A stretch of 64,000 nucleotides of DNA, from the NCBI GenBank assembly GCA_963848295.1, contig CAWKDB010000010.1, positions 2,912,001 to 2,976,000 of the forward strand, written 5' to 3'. The stretch's first letter is position 1, and every line of letters starts with the position of its first letter. The stretch is from an uncultured delta proteobacterium (lineage in GTDB: Bacteria > Myxococcota_A > Polyangia > Haliangiales > Haliangiaceae). Shown piece after piece: positions 29,455-45,125 of this stretch. Made by a program: the position numbers and the translations under genes. Under the pieces are notes generated by a model that saw only the letters and a list, made by a program, of their open reading frames with translations, was not told the DNA's origin and did not search any database.

Positions 29455-31449
29455 CTATCTCCGGCGCTTCTTGCGCCTGCGCGAGCGAGGTTGCTCGCTC
29501 GTCGTTCCGGCTTCGGCCGGCGCGGCGAGGGTCTCGCTGTCATCGCCGTCGCCGGCGTCGTCGCCTGCTTCAGCTTCCGTGGGTTCGCTCGGGACATCGA
29601 GCACGAGCTTCGGCTTGGCGTTCTTACCGGTCGTCGACTTGCCGTTGCCGTTCGAGGCGGACTTCTTGCCGGCCTTCGCGATTTCCTTCACTTCGACATC
29701 GATCACCGGCTTCGCCGCCGCGGCGGCCTTGTTCTTCTTGATCATCGCGGCGATCGCGAGACTCTTCTTGTCGAACTTGTTCATGTAGACCGAGTGCACG
29801 GCGGTCAGCAGCGTGTTCGTCATCCAGTACAGCGACAGGCCGGCCGGGAACATGAACGACATCGTGCCGAACATGATCGGCATGCCGTACTTCATGATGT
29901 TCTGCTGCATCTTCTGCGAAGGATCGTCGTTCATCGGCTGCAAGCGCGCCTGGACGAACATCGTCACGACCAGCGCGACCGGCAGCACGTAGTACGGATC
30001 GCGCGCCGTCAGATCATCGATCCAGCCGCTGATGAACGGCCGGCGATAGAGCTCGCCCGCGGCCTGGAGCGTCCGATACAGCGCGATCCAGATCGGCATC
30101 TGCGCGAACATCGGCAGACAGCCGAGCACCGGGTTGACCTCGTGCTGCTTGTACAGCGCCATGGTCTCGACCTGGAGGCGCTGCTTGTCGCCCTTGTACT
30201 TCTCGTTGAGCGCCTTCATCTGCGGGCCGAGCGCGGCCATCGCCTTCATCGAGCGCATCGACTTGGTCGTCCAGTACAGCGTCGCGGCCTTGACCGTGAT
30301 CGTCAGCATGATGATCGCGACACCCCAGTTGCCGACGACGCTGAAGAACTGCTGGAGCAGCCACAGCAGCGGCTTGCCGATGAAGCCGAACCAGCCGAGG
30401 TCGATCGTGGTGTTGAAGTCGGTCTCGAACCCCGCGACCTGATCGACGTGGGCCAGCAGGTCGACGTTCTTGGGCCCGAGATAGCCAACGACTTCGTGAC
30501 TGATCGAGGGCGAGCCCTTGTCGAAGTTCTTCTGCGGATAGAGCAGATCGGTCTGCATCAGGCCGGTGGGATCGGCGCGCGTGTGCTTGTCGACCGGCTC
30601 GCCCGGGTCGGGCTTCGGCGCGAACGCGACGAGCAAGAACGGATGCTCGAAGCCGGTCCACCGAATGTTGCGTTCGTAGCGCGCGCCTTCGCGGAGATCT
30701 TTGTAACCGGTCGAGACCTCGGAGCCGTCGCGATACGTCGACGACTCCCAGACTCGCGCTGCCACCCGGCCCGAGCCGCTGTCGATCGTCTTCGGATCTT
30801 GGAAGCCGAAGCTCGTGATCTGCAGCGTCTCGTGCGCTTCCTTGTCGCCGTCGACCTTGACCTTGACCTTGACCGTCATCTTGACGAGGTAGGCTTCGGG
30901 ATCGAGCGTGAACGTCTTCTCGACGTCGAGCTCGGGCGTCGAGATCTTGTAGATGACCGTATGGTCGTCGACTTTCGTGCCGCTCCATTCGCTGCGCGCC
31001 GGGAGCACGTACGTCGACGGGGTGTACGTGCGATCGAAGTTGACCGCGAACGCCCCGGTGCCGGGTTGGGTCGGCAGAAGCTCGCCCTTGCCGGGCAGCG
31101 ACGCATCGCTCTGGTAGCGCTCGTCGGTCAGGTGCCACTTCGCGAGCACGCCGCCGTAGCTCGAGAACGTCGCGACGACGTTGGGATACTTCAGCGTGAT
31201 GAGCTGTTCCTCGCCGAGCTTCACATCGGACGGCGCCGTAGGCACGAGTGGCGCGTTCGACGGCGTCGGAGCCGCGTTCGTGCCGGGGTTGGTGGTCGTC
31301 CCCGCGCCGGATCCGTTCGCGACCGCCGCCGAGCCCGAGCCCTGCGCTGGAGCGGGTGGCGGCGCCTTCTGGAAAAACTTCGACCAGGCGAGCATGACGA
31401 GAAAAGCCAGCCCGACGGCGAGTAGCAACCGCTTGCCTTGGTCCTGCAT
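29455..31449 (-). CDS. yidC: Membrane protein insertase YidC
   Basis: [34 protein letters not shown]. Confidence 0.96.
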   Translation of the reverse strand: MQDQGKRLLLAVGLAFLVMLAWSKFFQKAPPPAPAQGSGSAAVANGSGAGTTTNPGTNAAPTPSNAPLVPTAPSDVKLGEEQLITLKYPNVVATFSSYGGVLAKWHLTDERYQSDASLPGKGELLPTQPGTGAFAVNFDRTYTPSTYVLPARSEWSGTKVDDHTVIYKISTPELDVEKTFTLDPEAYLVKMTVKVKVKVDGDKEAHETLQITSFGFQDPKTIDSGSGRVAARVWESSTYRDGSEVSTGYKDLREGARYERNIRWTGFEHPFLLVAFAPKPDPGEPVDKHTRADPTGLMQTDLLYPQKNFDKGSPSISHEVVGYLGPKNVDLLAHVDQVAGFETDFNTTIDLGWFGFIGKPLLWLLQQFFSVVGNWGVAIIMLTITVKAATLYWTTKSMRSMKAMAALGPQMKALNEKYKGDKQRLQVETMALYKQHEVNPVLGCLPMFAQMPIWIALYRTLQAAGELYRRPFISGWIDDLTARDPYYVLPVALVVTMFVQARLQPMNDDPSQKMQQNIMKYGMPIMFGTMSFMFPAGLSLYWMTNTLLTAVHSVYMNKFDKKSLAIAAMIKKNKAAAAAKPVIDVEVKEIAKAGKKSASNGNGKSTTGKNAKPKLVLDVPSEPTEAEAGDDAGDGDDSETLAAPAEAGTTSEQPRSRRRKKRRR

Positions 31450-31788
31450 TCAGTGCTGCTCCTGCACGTGGTCGCGACATCGATGGCCCGCACCCGCGCC
31501 CGGCCGGCGGTGCCGCCGGACAACCGCACGACGCGGCACGGGATCGTGCCCGCCCCGCGCAAACGGGTTGCAGCGCAAGATCCGCCAGCTCGCGAGCGCG
31601 ATGCCGACGATGATGCCGCGCTCGCGCACTGCGGTGACCGCGTACTCCGAGCACGTCGGCACGTAGCGGCACGTCGGCGCGCGCTTCATCGGCGACAACA
31701 CTCGACGGTAGAAGCGAATCGGCAGCAATACGAGCCAGACCAGCGCTTGGTGAAAGCGCCGCGCGATCGGCTCTAGCGTGCGGGTCAT
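31450..31788 (-). CDS. yidD: Membrane protein insertion efficiency factor
   Basis: CRYVPTCSEYA, RILRCNPF..GG.DPVP. Confidence 0.93.
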   Translation of the reverse strand: MTRTLEPIARRFHQALVWLVLLPIRFYRRVLSPMKRAPTCRYVPTCSEYAVTAVRERGIIVGIALASWRILRCNPFARGGHDPVPRRAVVRRHRRPGAGAGHRCRDHVQEQH

Positions 31789-32141
31789 GCGATCTGTTTG
31801 AGGAAGCGGTCGAGGTCAGGCGCGAAATCGTCGGGGTGAACCTGCCTTGCCGCCGAGGTCTTGGCAACAAGCACGATGTCCCACCCGTCGGGGACCCAGC
31901 CATGCTGGCGAATCCACTCGCGTACGAGGCGCCTGATCCGGTTGCGAGTTACCGCGTTCCCTACTTTCTTGGTCACCGTGATTCCGAGCCTTCCGATCAG
32001 CTCGGGATCACTTCGGTTTCGTGCGAGCGCGAGCAGGTGACGACCGTGGATCTTGGTCCCTGAAGCTTGGACCTCGAGGAACTCGGCTCGGCGGCGCAGG
32101 CGCATCTCTTTCGAGATGGAGAGGCCACGCCGCGTCGTCAC
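31785..32141 (-). CDS. rnpA: Ribonuclease P protein component
   Basis: RLGITVTKKVGNAVTRNRIRR. Confidence 0.95.
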   Translation of the reverse strand: MTTRRGLSISKEMRLRRRAEFLEVQASGTKIHGRHLLALARNRSDPELIGRLGITVTKKVGNAVTRNRIRRLVREWIRQHGWVPDGWDIVLVAKTSAARQVHPDDFAPDLDRFLKQIA

Positions 32142-32147
32142 GTCGCG

Positions 32148-32297
32148 TTACTTCTTGGCGATCGTCACCGAGATGCGCTTGCGCCCCTTGGCGCGACGAC
32201 GACGAAGCACTTCGCGACCTCCGCGAGTCTTCTTACGGGCGCGAAAGCCGTGGGTGCGTTTGCGGCTCTTATTGTGGGGCTGATAGGTGCGCTTCAC
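32148..32297 (-). CDS. rpmH: 50S ribosomal protein L34 (not in the supplied ORF track)
   Basis: Manual translation [49 protein letters not shown]. Confidence 0.97.
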   Translation of the reverse strand: MKRTYQPHNKSRKRTHGFRARKKTRGGREVLRRRRAKGRKRISVTIAKK

Positions 32298-32503
32298 GGC
32301 TACTCTCCGACGTTTGCGGAGGGCGATCGATACTCAACCCGACTCGGGGTGTCAAGCCGATGCGTGTGCGTCCAGCGGATCTGCGCGGCGCGATTTCGCT
32401 CCCGTCACACCGCTGTTTCTCGACGCTGCCGGGAGTTCAATTGTTCGTCTTTTGCGCTTGCGCTTTTCGATCGCCATCTGTTACCAACGGCGAGTTTTCC
32501 GCT

Positions 32504-32560
32504 TGTGGACAAGTCCTAACGACTGGCCATGGGAGGAGCTCCAGAAGGAGTTGTGAATAA
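32504..32560. promoter_or_regulatory. DnaA boxes upstream of dnaA
   Basis: TGTGGACAA 32504-32512 and TGTGAATAA 32552-32560 (reverse complement TTATTCACA). Confidence 0.75.
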
Positions 32561-32641
32561 CTTCTGGATTGCTTGTCTTTTGTCTGTGACCAATGAAGCC
32601 CAACTCGATGCATTCGCAGGACATTGTTCCTGGAGCGTGGA

Positions 32642-34072
<1,431 letters not shown>

Positions 34073-34335
34073 ATGCGATGTGGATGACCCTGAGGGAAGA
34101 GCTGTGGACCAGCCGTGGGCCGTCGGAGCTCCCTCGGTTGTCCACACCTACAGAGCATGTCATCCATGACCAGGCAGAACGTCAGACCGTCGTGGTGCTA
34201 TCGCGGAAATCTCAGGAAGAACGCTTCGCTCCCGCGATGTACACATGTTCACAACCATCTACTAGATCTGATTCTAAGAAGATTTTATCTCTTAAAGAAC
34301 AGATAGAGCGAAGAGCAAAGACGAGATAGGCGAGG
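34073..34335. other. Probable oriC: DnaA-box cluster and AT-rich unwinding element
   Basis: Box-like 9-mers at 34079, 34103, 34138, 34237, 34245, then AT-rich tract ~34254-34310 between dnaA and dnaN. Confidence 0.8.
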
Positions 34336-34341
34336 GTGACC

Positions 34342-35439
<1,098 letters not shown>

Positions 35440-35442
35440 CGC

Positions 35443-36540
35443 CTGCACGTCTCGCTGCTGTCCGTCTCCGGGGTGCGCAACCTCGCGCCCGTGCAGCTCG
35501 TGCCGCGCGCGCGGTTCAACGTGTTCGTCGGCGACAACGGCCAGGGCAAGACGAACTTGCTCGAGGCGCTCTACGTGGTCGCCGCGCTGCGCTCGTTTCG
35601 AACCGCGAAGCTCGCGGACCTCATCGCGTTTGGACAGCCCAAGGCCAGCATTGCCGCGAGGGTCGAGCGCGGAGGTATGACGCGCCTCTACGAGGTCGAC
35701 CTCGAGCCCGGCGGTCGCAGGGTCCGGCTCGACGACAAGGCGGTCAGGCCGCTCGCGCGTTACTTCGGCGGGTTCAACGTCGTCGTGTTCACCCCGGAGG
35801 ATCTCGCGTTGCCGAGAGGCGCACCCGGTGACCGCCGCAAGTTTCTCGACCGCGCGGTGTTCAACGTCCAGCCGGAGTTTCTCGCAACCGCGCTCGACTA
35901 TGACAAGGCGCTCAAGCAACGCAACGCGCTGCTCAAGATGGCCGGGCAGGGCGCGCTGACTCCGGCGCGGCTCGACGAGCTGCTCGCAGGCTACGATCCC
36001 CAGCTCGCCCGGCTCGGCGTCGCGGTCGCGCAAGCGCGGGCCGAAGTCATCGCCCGGCTCGTGCCCGACCTCGCAGCCTCGTTCGCGGCGATCACCCGCA
36101 GCGGGCTGGTCGCCAACGCGCGCTATGTCTCGGAGGTCGCGGGAGCGACTCCGGACCAGGTCGAGCAAATGCTGCGCGACGGCAGAGCGCGAGATGTCGC
36201 CCGCCAGGCGACGTCCACAGGCCCGCACCGCGATGATGTCTTGCTGGAGCTCGACGGGCGCGAAGCCGGGAGTTTTGCGTCTCAGGGCCAGCTGCGCGCG
36301 ATCATGCTCGCTTGGAAGACCGCCGAGCTCGTCATGCTGGCCCGGGCCCACGGCGATCCGCCGATCCTGCTACTCGACGACGTGTCGAGCGAGCTCGATC
36401 CGAGCCGCAACGCGTACCTGTTCGAGCACGTCGCTTCGCACGCGGGTCAGTGCTTCATCACGACGACCCACGCCGACCATGTTCTGGTCTCCGAAGACCG
36501 GGCCAACTACCGGATCGAAAGCGGCAAGATTTCCTCGTAA
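35443..36540 (+). CDS. recF: DNA replication/repair protein RecF (start CTG 35443 or GTG 35473)
   Basis: GDNGQGKTNLLEA, GPHRDD, SQGQ, LLLDDVSSELD. Confidence 0.95.
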   Translation: MHVSLLSVSGVRNLAPVQLVPRARFNVFVGDNGQGKTNLLEALYVVAALRSFRTAKLADLIAFGQPKASIAARVERGGMTRLYEVDLEPGGRRVRLDDKAVRPLARYFGGFNVVVFTPEDLALPRGAPGDRRKFLDRAVFNVQPEFLATALDYDKALKQRNALLKMAGQGALTPARLDELLAGYDPQLARLGVAVAQARAEVIARLVPDLAASFAAITRSGLVANARYVSEVAGATPDQVEQMLRDGRARDVARQATSTGPHRDDVLLELDGREAGSFASQGQLRAIMLAWKTAELVMLARAHGDPPILLLDDVSSELDPSRNAYLFEHVASHAGQCFITTTHADHVLVSEDRANYRIESGKISS

Positions 36541-36583
36541 AATCCGGCACATGATCCTTCTTGCAGGGTGAGGTTCGTGGTAA

Positions 36584-39043
<2,460 letters not shown>

Positions 39044-39046
39044 CGT

Positions 39047-39219
39047 GGTGACGCTGTCTCTATTGTCAACTTGGGTGCCGAGCGCGCCTCTGTAACTGTC
39101 GACAATCGCTTTGGGTTCTCTGGGGACGCTGTCTCTATTGTCAACTTGTAGGGTTCTTTGGGCGGTTCTTGGGGTTCTTGGGGACGCGGGTTCTTGGGGA
39201 CGCTGTCTCTATTGTCAAC
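39047..39219 (+). repeat. Triple 24-bp direct-repeat element (39047-39070, 39122-39145, 39196-39219)
   Basis: Periods 75 and 74 bp; begins 3 nt after the gyrB stop. Confidence 0.95.
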
Positions 39220-39309
39220 TTGTAGGCGTTCGGGACCCGGAATGCAGGCGGCCGGCCCGGCCGATGGGCTGGCGGAACGATGACCTGCGGTCGAGGGGCT
39301 CGGCTTCGA

Positions 39310-40035
39310 TCAGCTCGCCTTCGTGCCGATCGCGACAAAGGTCGCCATGAACGGGCCACCGAACCACAACCGCGGGCCGAGACCACGAGTCACGACGCTA
39401 GCGCCGAGGCGCGTTAGCTCGGCGGCGTACTGCCTCACGAACTTGACGTCGGCGATCACGAATCGGCCGGCCGGCCTCAAGACACGGATGATCTCGGCGA
39501 GAACTTTCGCGCGCTCGTCGACCGCCGCGATGTTGTGAATCGCGAGGCTCGAGACCACGATGTCGACGCTAGCGTCGGGCAGGGTGAGCGAGCGCATGTC
39601 GCAGCTCACGAGCTGGACGCGTTCGCTCACGCCTTCGAGCTCCGCGTTGCGGCGCGTCACCGCCTCCGCGTTGCCCGACTGATCGTGCTTCGACCAGATG
39701 TCGATGCCTACCGCCTTCCCGCGCGGCACGCGTTCGGCCGCCGCGAGCAACACGGCGCCGCGACCGCAGCCGACATCGAGCACGGTCTCGTCGCCAGCGA
39801 GTGCGAGCTCGTCGAGTAGCCTCGCCCACACGACGTGCTTGCCGACTCGCGTCGAGTAGAAGAACGAGCCGCCGCACACCACGCCGATCGCGAGGCCGTA
39901 GACTCCGATCCACCGCAGGGTGTCGTCGGCCATCGAGATCCCGAAGCCGAAGGCCGCCGCACCCGCAGCGAACGCGAGCGCGAACCCGACGAGCACGTAC
40001 GGGGCGTCGTAGCCGTAGTCGCCCTTCCTCGTCAT
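39310..40035 (-). CDS. Membrane-anchored class I SAM methyltransferase
   Basis: Two N-terminal TMs; VLDVGCGRG, SSLAIHN. Confidence 0.88.
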   Translation of the reverse strand: MTRKGDYGYDAPYVLVGFALAFAAGAAAFGFGISMADDTLRWIGVYGLAIGVVCGGSFFYSTRVGKHVVWARLLDELALAGDETVLDVGCGRGAVLLAAAERVPRGKAVGIDIWSKHDQSGNAEAVTRRNAELEGVSERVQLVSCDMRSLTLPDASVDIVVSSLAIHNIAAVDERAKVLAEIIRVLRPAGRFVIADVKFVRQYAAELTRLGASVVTRGLGPRLWFGGPFMATFVAIGTKAS

Positions 40036-40679
40036 AGCGCTCGATGTTGCCGTTCCTGTAACAGCGGCGCGACATGCTCGCTGTCGTTGAGTCGAACGAC
40101 CTGCAGATCAGAAAGCTCGCTTCCTGACAGCACGTTGAGCGTCGCCGGCGCTTGGCGAAACGTCCACACGCGCTCGAGCGGCAATCCGAGCAATTCGCAG
40201 AGCAGCACGCGATTGACCGCATCGTGCGCCGCGATCAGCGCCGTGTCGTCACCATGCAACCGCTCGCATGCGGCGGCGAGCACCGGCCACGCCCTCGCCC
40301 GCACCGCCCCGAGCGACTCGCCTCCGGGCCCAGCCGCGAAGTCTGCCGAAGGCGCGGTTCGCCACGTCTTGTACATCGCGGCATCGGCGGTCTCGACATC
40401 GCTCGCGAGCTTGCCCTCCCACGCCCCGTGACTGATCTCGACGAGCCGGTCGTCGAGCTCGAGCTCGAGCCCGCGTCCGGCCAGCACCGCCTCGGCGGTC
40501 TTGCGCGCCCGCGACAGCGGCGAGGCGATCGCGATGGCGATCGGGATGTTGGCCAGCCGCGTCGCGAGCGCGCGAGCCTGCGCCTCACCGTCGACCGACA
40601 ACGGAACATCGGTTCGGCCTTGATATCGGCCCTCCCGATTCCATGCGGTCTCGCCGTGGCGGACCAGCAGCACGTTCAT
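40032..40679 (-). CDS. Histidine phosphatase family protein
   Basis: LVRHGET, SPLSRA, EISHGAWEG. Confidence 0.92.
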   Translation of the reverse strand: MNVLLVRHGETAWNREGRYQGRTDVPLSVDGEAQARALATRLANIPIAIAIASPLSRARKTAEAVLAGRGLELELDDRLVEISHGAWEGKLASDVETADAAMYKTWRTAPSADFAAGPGGESLGAVRARAWPVLAAACERLHGDDTALIAAHDAVNRVLLCELLGLPLERVWTFRQAPATLNVLSGSELSDLQVVRLNDSEHVAPLLQERQHRAL

Positions 40680-40719
40680 GCGGTTACTGTAACGCGGCGA
40701 CTTGTGGTAACGCACGTCA

Positions 40720-41718
40720 ATGACCCACCGCAGTCGGATCCTGGGCATCGGTATGAGTGTCCCTTCGCGGATCGTCACGAATGACGACCTCGCGCAGAAG
40801 ATGGAGACGTCGAACGAGTGGATCGTCGAGCGCACCGGGATCGAGCAGCGTCACTGGGTCGAGCCGGGCGAGGGCGGCGCGGAGCTCGGCGCGAAAGCGG
40901 CGACCGAAGCGATCGAGCGCTCCGGCCTCGCCGCGAAAGATATCGACCTCATCATCTACGCGACGCTGTCCCCCGACTGCAATTTCCCCGGCACCGGCGT
41001 GTTCATGCAGCGTCTGCTCGGCATGCGCGGGGTTCCGTGTCTCGATATTCGCCAGCAGTGCACCGGCTTCATTTACGGACTATCGATCGCGGACGCCTAC
41101 GTGCGCACCGGGCTGTACAAGAACGTCTTGCTCGTCGGGTCGGAAGTTCATTCCACCGGGCTCGATGTCTCGACCGCTGGTCGCGATGTCACGGTGATCT
41201 TCGGCGATGGCGCCGGCGCCGTCGTGGTCGGCCGCGCCACCGACGACGCCCACATGATCTTGTCGACCCATCTTCACGCGGACGGCACCGACGCCGAGAT
41301 CCTGTGGACCGAGTATCCGGCGAGCCGCCAGCACCCGCGGATCTCCGTCGAGGCGATGTCGGAGCGACGTCACTTCCCCTCGATGAAGGGCAAGAACGTG
41401 TTCAAGCACGCCGTTCGGCGCATGCCGGAAGCGATGATGGAGGGCATGGTCGCGAACGGGTTGACGCTCGAGAAGATCGACATGGTGATTCCGCACCAAG
41501 CGAATCTCCGGATCAATCAGATGGTGGCCCAGATGATAGGGCTGCCTCCCGAGAAGATGCACAACAACATCATGAAGTACGGCAACACCACGGCCGCCTC
41601 GATCCCGATCTGCATGCACGAGGCGATCGAGCTCGGCAAGATCAAGCCCGGGATGATGGTGTGCCTCGTCGCGTTCGGTGCGGGCCTCACGTGGGGCTCG
41701 GCGTTCCTGCGCTACTGA
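40720..41718 (+). CDS. fabH: 3-oxoacyl-ACP synthase III
   Basis: QQCTGF, FGDGAGA, PHQAN, GNTTAAS, FGAGLTWG. Confidence 0.93.
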   Translation: MTHRSRILGIGMSVPSRIVTNDDLAQKMETSNEWIVERTGIEQRHWVEPGEGGAELGAKAATEAIERSGLAAKDIDLIIYATLSPDCNFPGTGVFMQRLLGMRGVPCLDIRQQCTGFIYGLSIADAYVRTGLYKNVLLVGSEVHSTGLDVSTAGRDVTVIFGDGAGAVVVGRATDDAHMILSTHLHADGTDAEILWTEYPASRQHPRISVEAMSERRHFPSMKGKNVFKHAVRRMPEAMMEGMVANGLTLEKIDMVIPHQANLRINQMVAQMIGLPPEKMHNNIMKYGNTTAASIPICMHEAIELGKIKPGMMVCLVAFGAGLTWGSAFLRY

Positions 41719-41839
41719 CGGCAGGCCGAGTCGTCGGCGCGATCGCGCTGAACAACCGCTGTAGTGCCGCACACACCGCGTGGTCTCCGTGTGCCATCGC
41801 GTGTTGTGCTCGCGCCATTCGACTGCGGAGGATCGGGCT

Positions 41840-42091
41840 ATGTGCTTCGTTGCGGTCCTCGTAGGCCTCGCCGCTTGCTCCCGCATGCGGAACACCGAGA
41901 CGACACCGAGCGCTCGATTCCGGTCGACGCCGGCCCGAACACCGGACGAGCGATCGCGATCGCCGGGGATGCCAGCGGAACGGCGCTGGACGCCGACAGT
42001 CTACGCCTCGGCGTCCGAGGTGTTGCCGGTGCCGACCGCCGGCGACGATCATTGCGACGTCCGGCTGGACGCGACGGTGCTCCCGCCGTAG
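41840..42091 (+). CDS. Small hypothetical lipoprotein
   Basis: GGAGGA RBS, hydrophobic leader with LAAC. Confidence 0.4.
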   Translation: MCFVAVLVGLAACSRMRNTETTPSARFRSTPARTPDERSRSPGMPAERRWTPTVYASASEVLPVPTAGDDHCDVRLDATVLPP

Positions 42092-42097
42092 TGACGG

Positions 42098-42814
42098 TCA
42101 GCCGAGGTAGCGCGCCGGCATGCGCGTCTCTCGGACCTCGTCGGCGATGAGCTCGACGCGATACGCCGAGCCATCCGGCCGCGATGACACGACCGCGTGC
42201 AACGCATCGTCGACGAAATGCAGCGCTACGCCGTCATCCGCAGCGTAGCCAGCGGGGAAGCCGTTCGCCACGAGCGCCTGATAGGCTGGCCGGCGTTCCG
42301 ACTCGCTGTCGTAGTGCGGACACGCGCTGCCCGACAGCAGGCCGAGGCCGTCGCGCAGCTCGGCGAGCGGACCGAACGAATCGGTGACACTGCACTCGAA
42401 CCAGCAGATCATACCGGCGGACAACCCGGCGAGCACGGTGCCGCCCTGCCACGCGGCGCGCAGCGCGCGGTCGATCCCGTGTGCCCGCCAGAGCGCGAGC
42501 ATGTTGACGGTGTTGCCACCGCCGACATAGATCACGTCCATCGCGGCGAGAAACTTGGCGAGCTCGCCGTCCGATGACGGTTGCCGTGCGAGATCGCCGC
42601 CGACCGTCGCGTCGTAGGGCACGCAATCGCGCTCGCTGAACGTCCGGTAGAACCGCACGACGTACTCCGGTGAGTCGGCGCTCGCGGTCGGCAAGAAGCA
42701 AACGCGCGGCGTCGGCTCGCGCGCGGCCGCGAGCACGTAGTCGTCGATCGCGGGCGAGCTCTCCATCGAGAAGCCACCGCCGCCGAACGCGATGATCTGG
42801 CGCGGCACCGCCAT
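42098..42814 (-). CDS. Peptidase E (S51 family)
   Basis: FLPTAS, YVGGGNT, GLSAG, CPHY. Confidence 0.9.
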   Translation of the reverse strand: MAVPRQIIAFGGGGFSMESSPAIDDYVLAAAREPTPRVCFLPTASADSPEYVVRFYRTFSERDCVPYDATVGGDLARQPSSDGELAKFLAAMDVIYVGGGNTVNMLALWRAHGIDRALRAAWQGGTVLAGLSAGMICWFECSVTDSFGPLAELRDGLGLLSGSACPHYDSESERRPAYQALVANGFPAGYAADDGVALHFVDDALHAVVSSRPDGSAYRVELIADEVRETRMPARYLG

Positions 42815-42820
42815 CGCGGG

Positions 42821-43336
42821 TCAGGCCGCAGCGGGCGCGAAGATCGTATCGATCTCGCCGGCGATCTTGTCTTCGCCGACCTGCTTCGCGATCGCGAGCT
42901 CTTTGGTCAGCAACGTCCGCGCGGTGTCGAGCATCTTGCGCTCGCCGAACGATAGATCCTTGCTCAACCGCAGCACGCAGAGGTCGCGCATTACTTCGGC
43001 GATCTCGAACACCGAGCCGGTCTTGATCTTCTCCATGTACTCGCGATGGCGGCGATTCCACGTCTGCGTGTCGCGCGGGATGTCGCGCGACTTGAGGATC
43101 GAGTACACGTCTTTGACTTGCTTCGCCGTGATCAGATCGCGAAGGCCGACCGTACCGGCGTTCGTGGTCGGCACCATGATCTTGAGACCGGTGTCTAGGA
43201 TCTTGAGGATGTAGACCGGGGTCTTGCTCCCGCCAATATCGCGCTGCTCGAGCGCAACCACTTCGGCGACGCCATGCACCGGATATACGGCCTTGTCCCC
43301 GACCGAAAACTGTTGCTTCAGGTGCGTAAGCGACAA
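42821..43336 (-). CDS. cdnL: CarD/CdnL family RNA polymerase-binding regulator
   Basis: GDKAVYPVHGV, WNRRHREYMEKIKTGS, LSFGERKMLD. Confidence 0.92.
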   Translation of the reverse strand: MSLTHLKQQFSVGDKAVYPVHGVAEVVALEQRDIGGSKTPVYILKILDTGLKIMVPTTNAGTVGLRDLITAKQVKDVYSILKSRDIPRDTQTWNRRHREYMEKIKTGSVFEIAEVMRDLCVLRLSKDLSFGERKMLDTARTLLTKELAIAKQVGEDKIAGEIDTIFAPAAA

Positions 43337-43449
43337 ATCGAATCCCCTCGTCGAGTGTAGCAGCGGTGGGGCGATCTGTCAAAGACGGCCACGATCTAAC
43401 ACCATGAGATTGCTAATAAAAACAGTGCACGAGCCCGCTGCGAGAGCCT

Positions 43450-44985
43450 TCAATGACGCGTCGCGTATTCGACGATCGTCGCGACGGCAAAGCCGGTCCC
43501 GCCCTTCGGCGCGGAGGGACGCGAGGTCGACGTCGACGCCGGTCCCGCGATGTCGACATGCAGCCACGGCGTATCTTTGGCGAACGTCTTGAGGAACAAG
43601 CCGGCGGTGATCGCGCCGCCGAACCGATCGCCGGTGTTGCGCATGTCCGCGATCGGGCTCTTCAGCTGCTCGCGCAGGCGCGCGCTCAACGGCAGCCGCC
43701 ACATGTCCTCACCGGTGCGATCCGCGACCGACATCCAGTTGCGAGCCAGGCCCTCGTGATCGCTCATGACGCCAGCGGTGTACGGGCCGAGTGCGACCAT
43801 GCACGCGCCGGTCAGCGTGGCGAAGTCGAACATCTCGTCCGGCTTGATCTTCGTGCGGACGTAGGTGATCGCATCGCCGAGCGTGAGCCGGCCTTCCGCG
43901 TCGGTGTTGTTGATCTCCACGGTCGTCCCATCCATCGAGATCAACACGTCGCCGAGCTTGTACGCGCGCCCTGACACGAGGTTCTCGCACGCTGCGGTCA
44001 CCGCGTGGACTTCATGCTCGGAGCCGAGCGTCGCGATCGCGTCCATCGCGGAGATCACCGCGGCGGCTCCCGACATATCGACCTTCATGTCCTCCATCGA
44101 CTGCGACGGCTTGAGCGAGTAGCCACCGGAGTCGAACGTCACGCCCTTGCCGATGAAGCAGATCCGTTTCTTGGGTTTCTTCGTCGGTTTGTACGTGAGG
44201 TGGATGAACTTCGACTCCTGATCGGAGCCCTGGCCGACCGCGAGGAACATGCCCATTCCGAGCTCAGCACATTGCTTCGCACTCAATACGGTCACCGCGA
44301 GCGCACCCTTGTGCTTCTTCGCAATCGCCTGCGCATCGGCCGCGAGCGCGGTCGGCGTGATCACCGCGGCGGGCTCGTTGATCAAGTCGCGCGCGTGGTT
44401 CACCGCTCGCGCGATCACCTGGCCGCGCTCAATCGCCGCGGTGAAAGCCTTCGCCTGGGTGGCGGTCGGCTTCTTGCCCCGCGCGTCGGTGAGGATGCCG
44501 AAGCTCTTGAGCGTCGCCGGCTTCTTCGCGTCATCGCCGGTGAGGTAGCGCGCGAACTTGTAGCCGCCTTCGACGACACCCTCGGCCGTCATCTGGACGA
44601 GCAGCGCCTCGCGGTTCGCGCCAAACGCAGGCAGGACGAACGCGAGCGATGTGGCGCCGACCTTGTTCGCGAGCTGCAAGACGGTCGCGGCGACGTCGCG
44701 GATGTGGGGATTGGTGAACTCGGACTTCGCCCCGCCACCGATCACGACGACGCGCTTGGCCGGCAGCCTGCCGGCGGTGAACAGCGTGATCGTCTGCGAG
44801 CTCTTGCCTTCGAACGACTCGGACGCCGCGATCTCGGCGAGCGAGCCACCAAGCGCCTTGTCGACCACTTTGAAGACAGGGTCTTTGGCGGGGGCGCCGA
44901 ATGTGACGAGCGCCAACATATCGACCTTACAATCCAGCACCGAACCCGCGAGATGGACGATCTGAAGGCCGCTATTGTCGTTCAT
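43450..44985 (-). CDS. pepA: Leucyl aminopeptidase (M17)
   Basis: GKGVTFDSGG, MKVDMSG, NTDAEGRL, HVDIAG. Confidence 0.95.
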   Translation of the reverse strand: MNDNSGLQIVHLAGSVLDCKVDMLALVTFGAPAKDPVFKVVDKALGGSLAEIAASESFEGKSSQTITLFTAGRLPAKRVVVIGGGAKSEFTNPHIRDVAATVLQLANKVGATSLAFVLPAFGANREALLVQMTAEGVVEGGYKFARYLTGDDAKKPATLKSFGILTDARGKKPTATQAKAFTAAIERGQVIARAVNHARDLINEPAAVITPTALAADAQAIAKKHKGALAVTVLSAKQCAELGMGMFLAVGQGSDQESKFIHLTYKPTKKPKKRICFIGKGVTFDSGGYSLKPSQSMEDMKVDMSGAAAVISAMDAIATLGSEHEVHAVTAACENLVSGRAYKLGDVLISMDGTTVEINNTDAEGRLTLGDAITYVRTKIKPDEMFDFATLTGACMVALGPYTAGVMSDHEGLARNWMSVADRTGEDMWRLPLSARLREQLKSPIADMRNTGDRFGGAITAGLFLKTFAKDTPWLHVDIAGPASTSTSRPSAPKGGTGFAVATIVEYATRH

Positions 44986-45064
44986 AAATCTCCGTAACTC
45001 CTAGAAAAGCGCGGCGAGTTATACGGGACTCCATGTGCGATGTAAAGGAATCAGACTGCCTACA

Positions 45065-45094
45065 TTGACAGTTCGATTGGTGGATCCGTAGAGT
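45065..45094 (+). promoter_or_regulatory. Putative sigma70 promoter for the 65-aa gene
   Basis: TTGACA-N18-TAGAGT, then AGGGGAG RBS. Confidence 0.55.
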
Positions 45095-45125
45095 CGTAAC
45101 AGACCAGAACTCTAGGGGAGTTTTA

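Noticed and set aside
28981..31425. 814-aa ORF antisense to jag/yidC, and similar long antisense ORFs such as 49458-51647
   Set aside because: Shadow ORFs from high-GC codon bias opposite well-supported genes
39047..39219. CRISPR array (repeat-spacer-repeat-spacer-repeat)
   Set aside because: Only 2-3 repeats per locus, 50-bp spacers that are mutually related, dispersed at gene ends, and no cas genes or leader in the window
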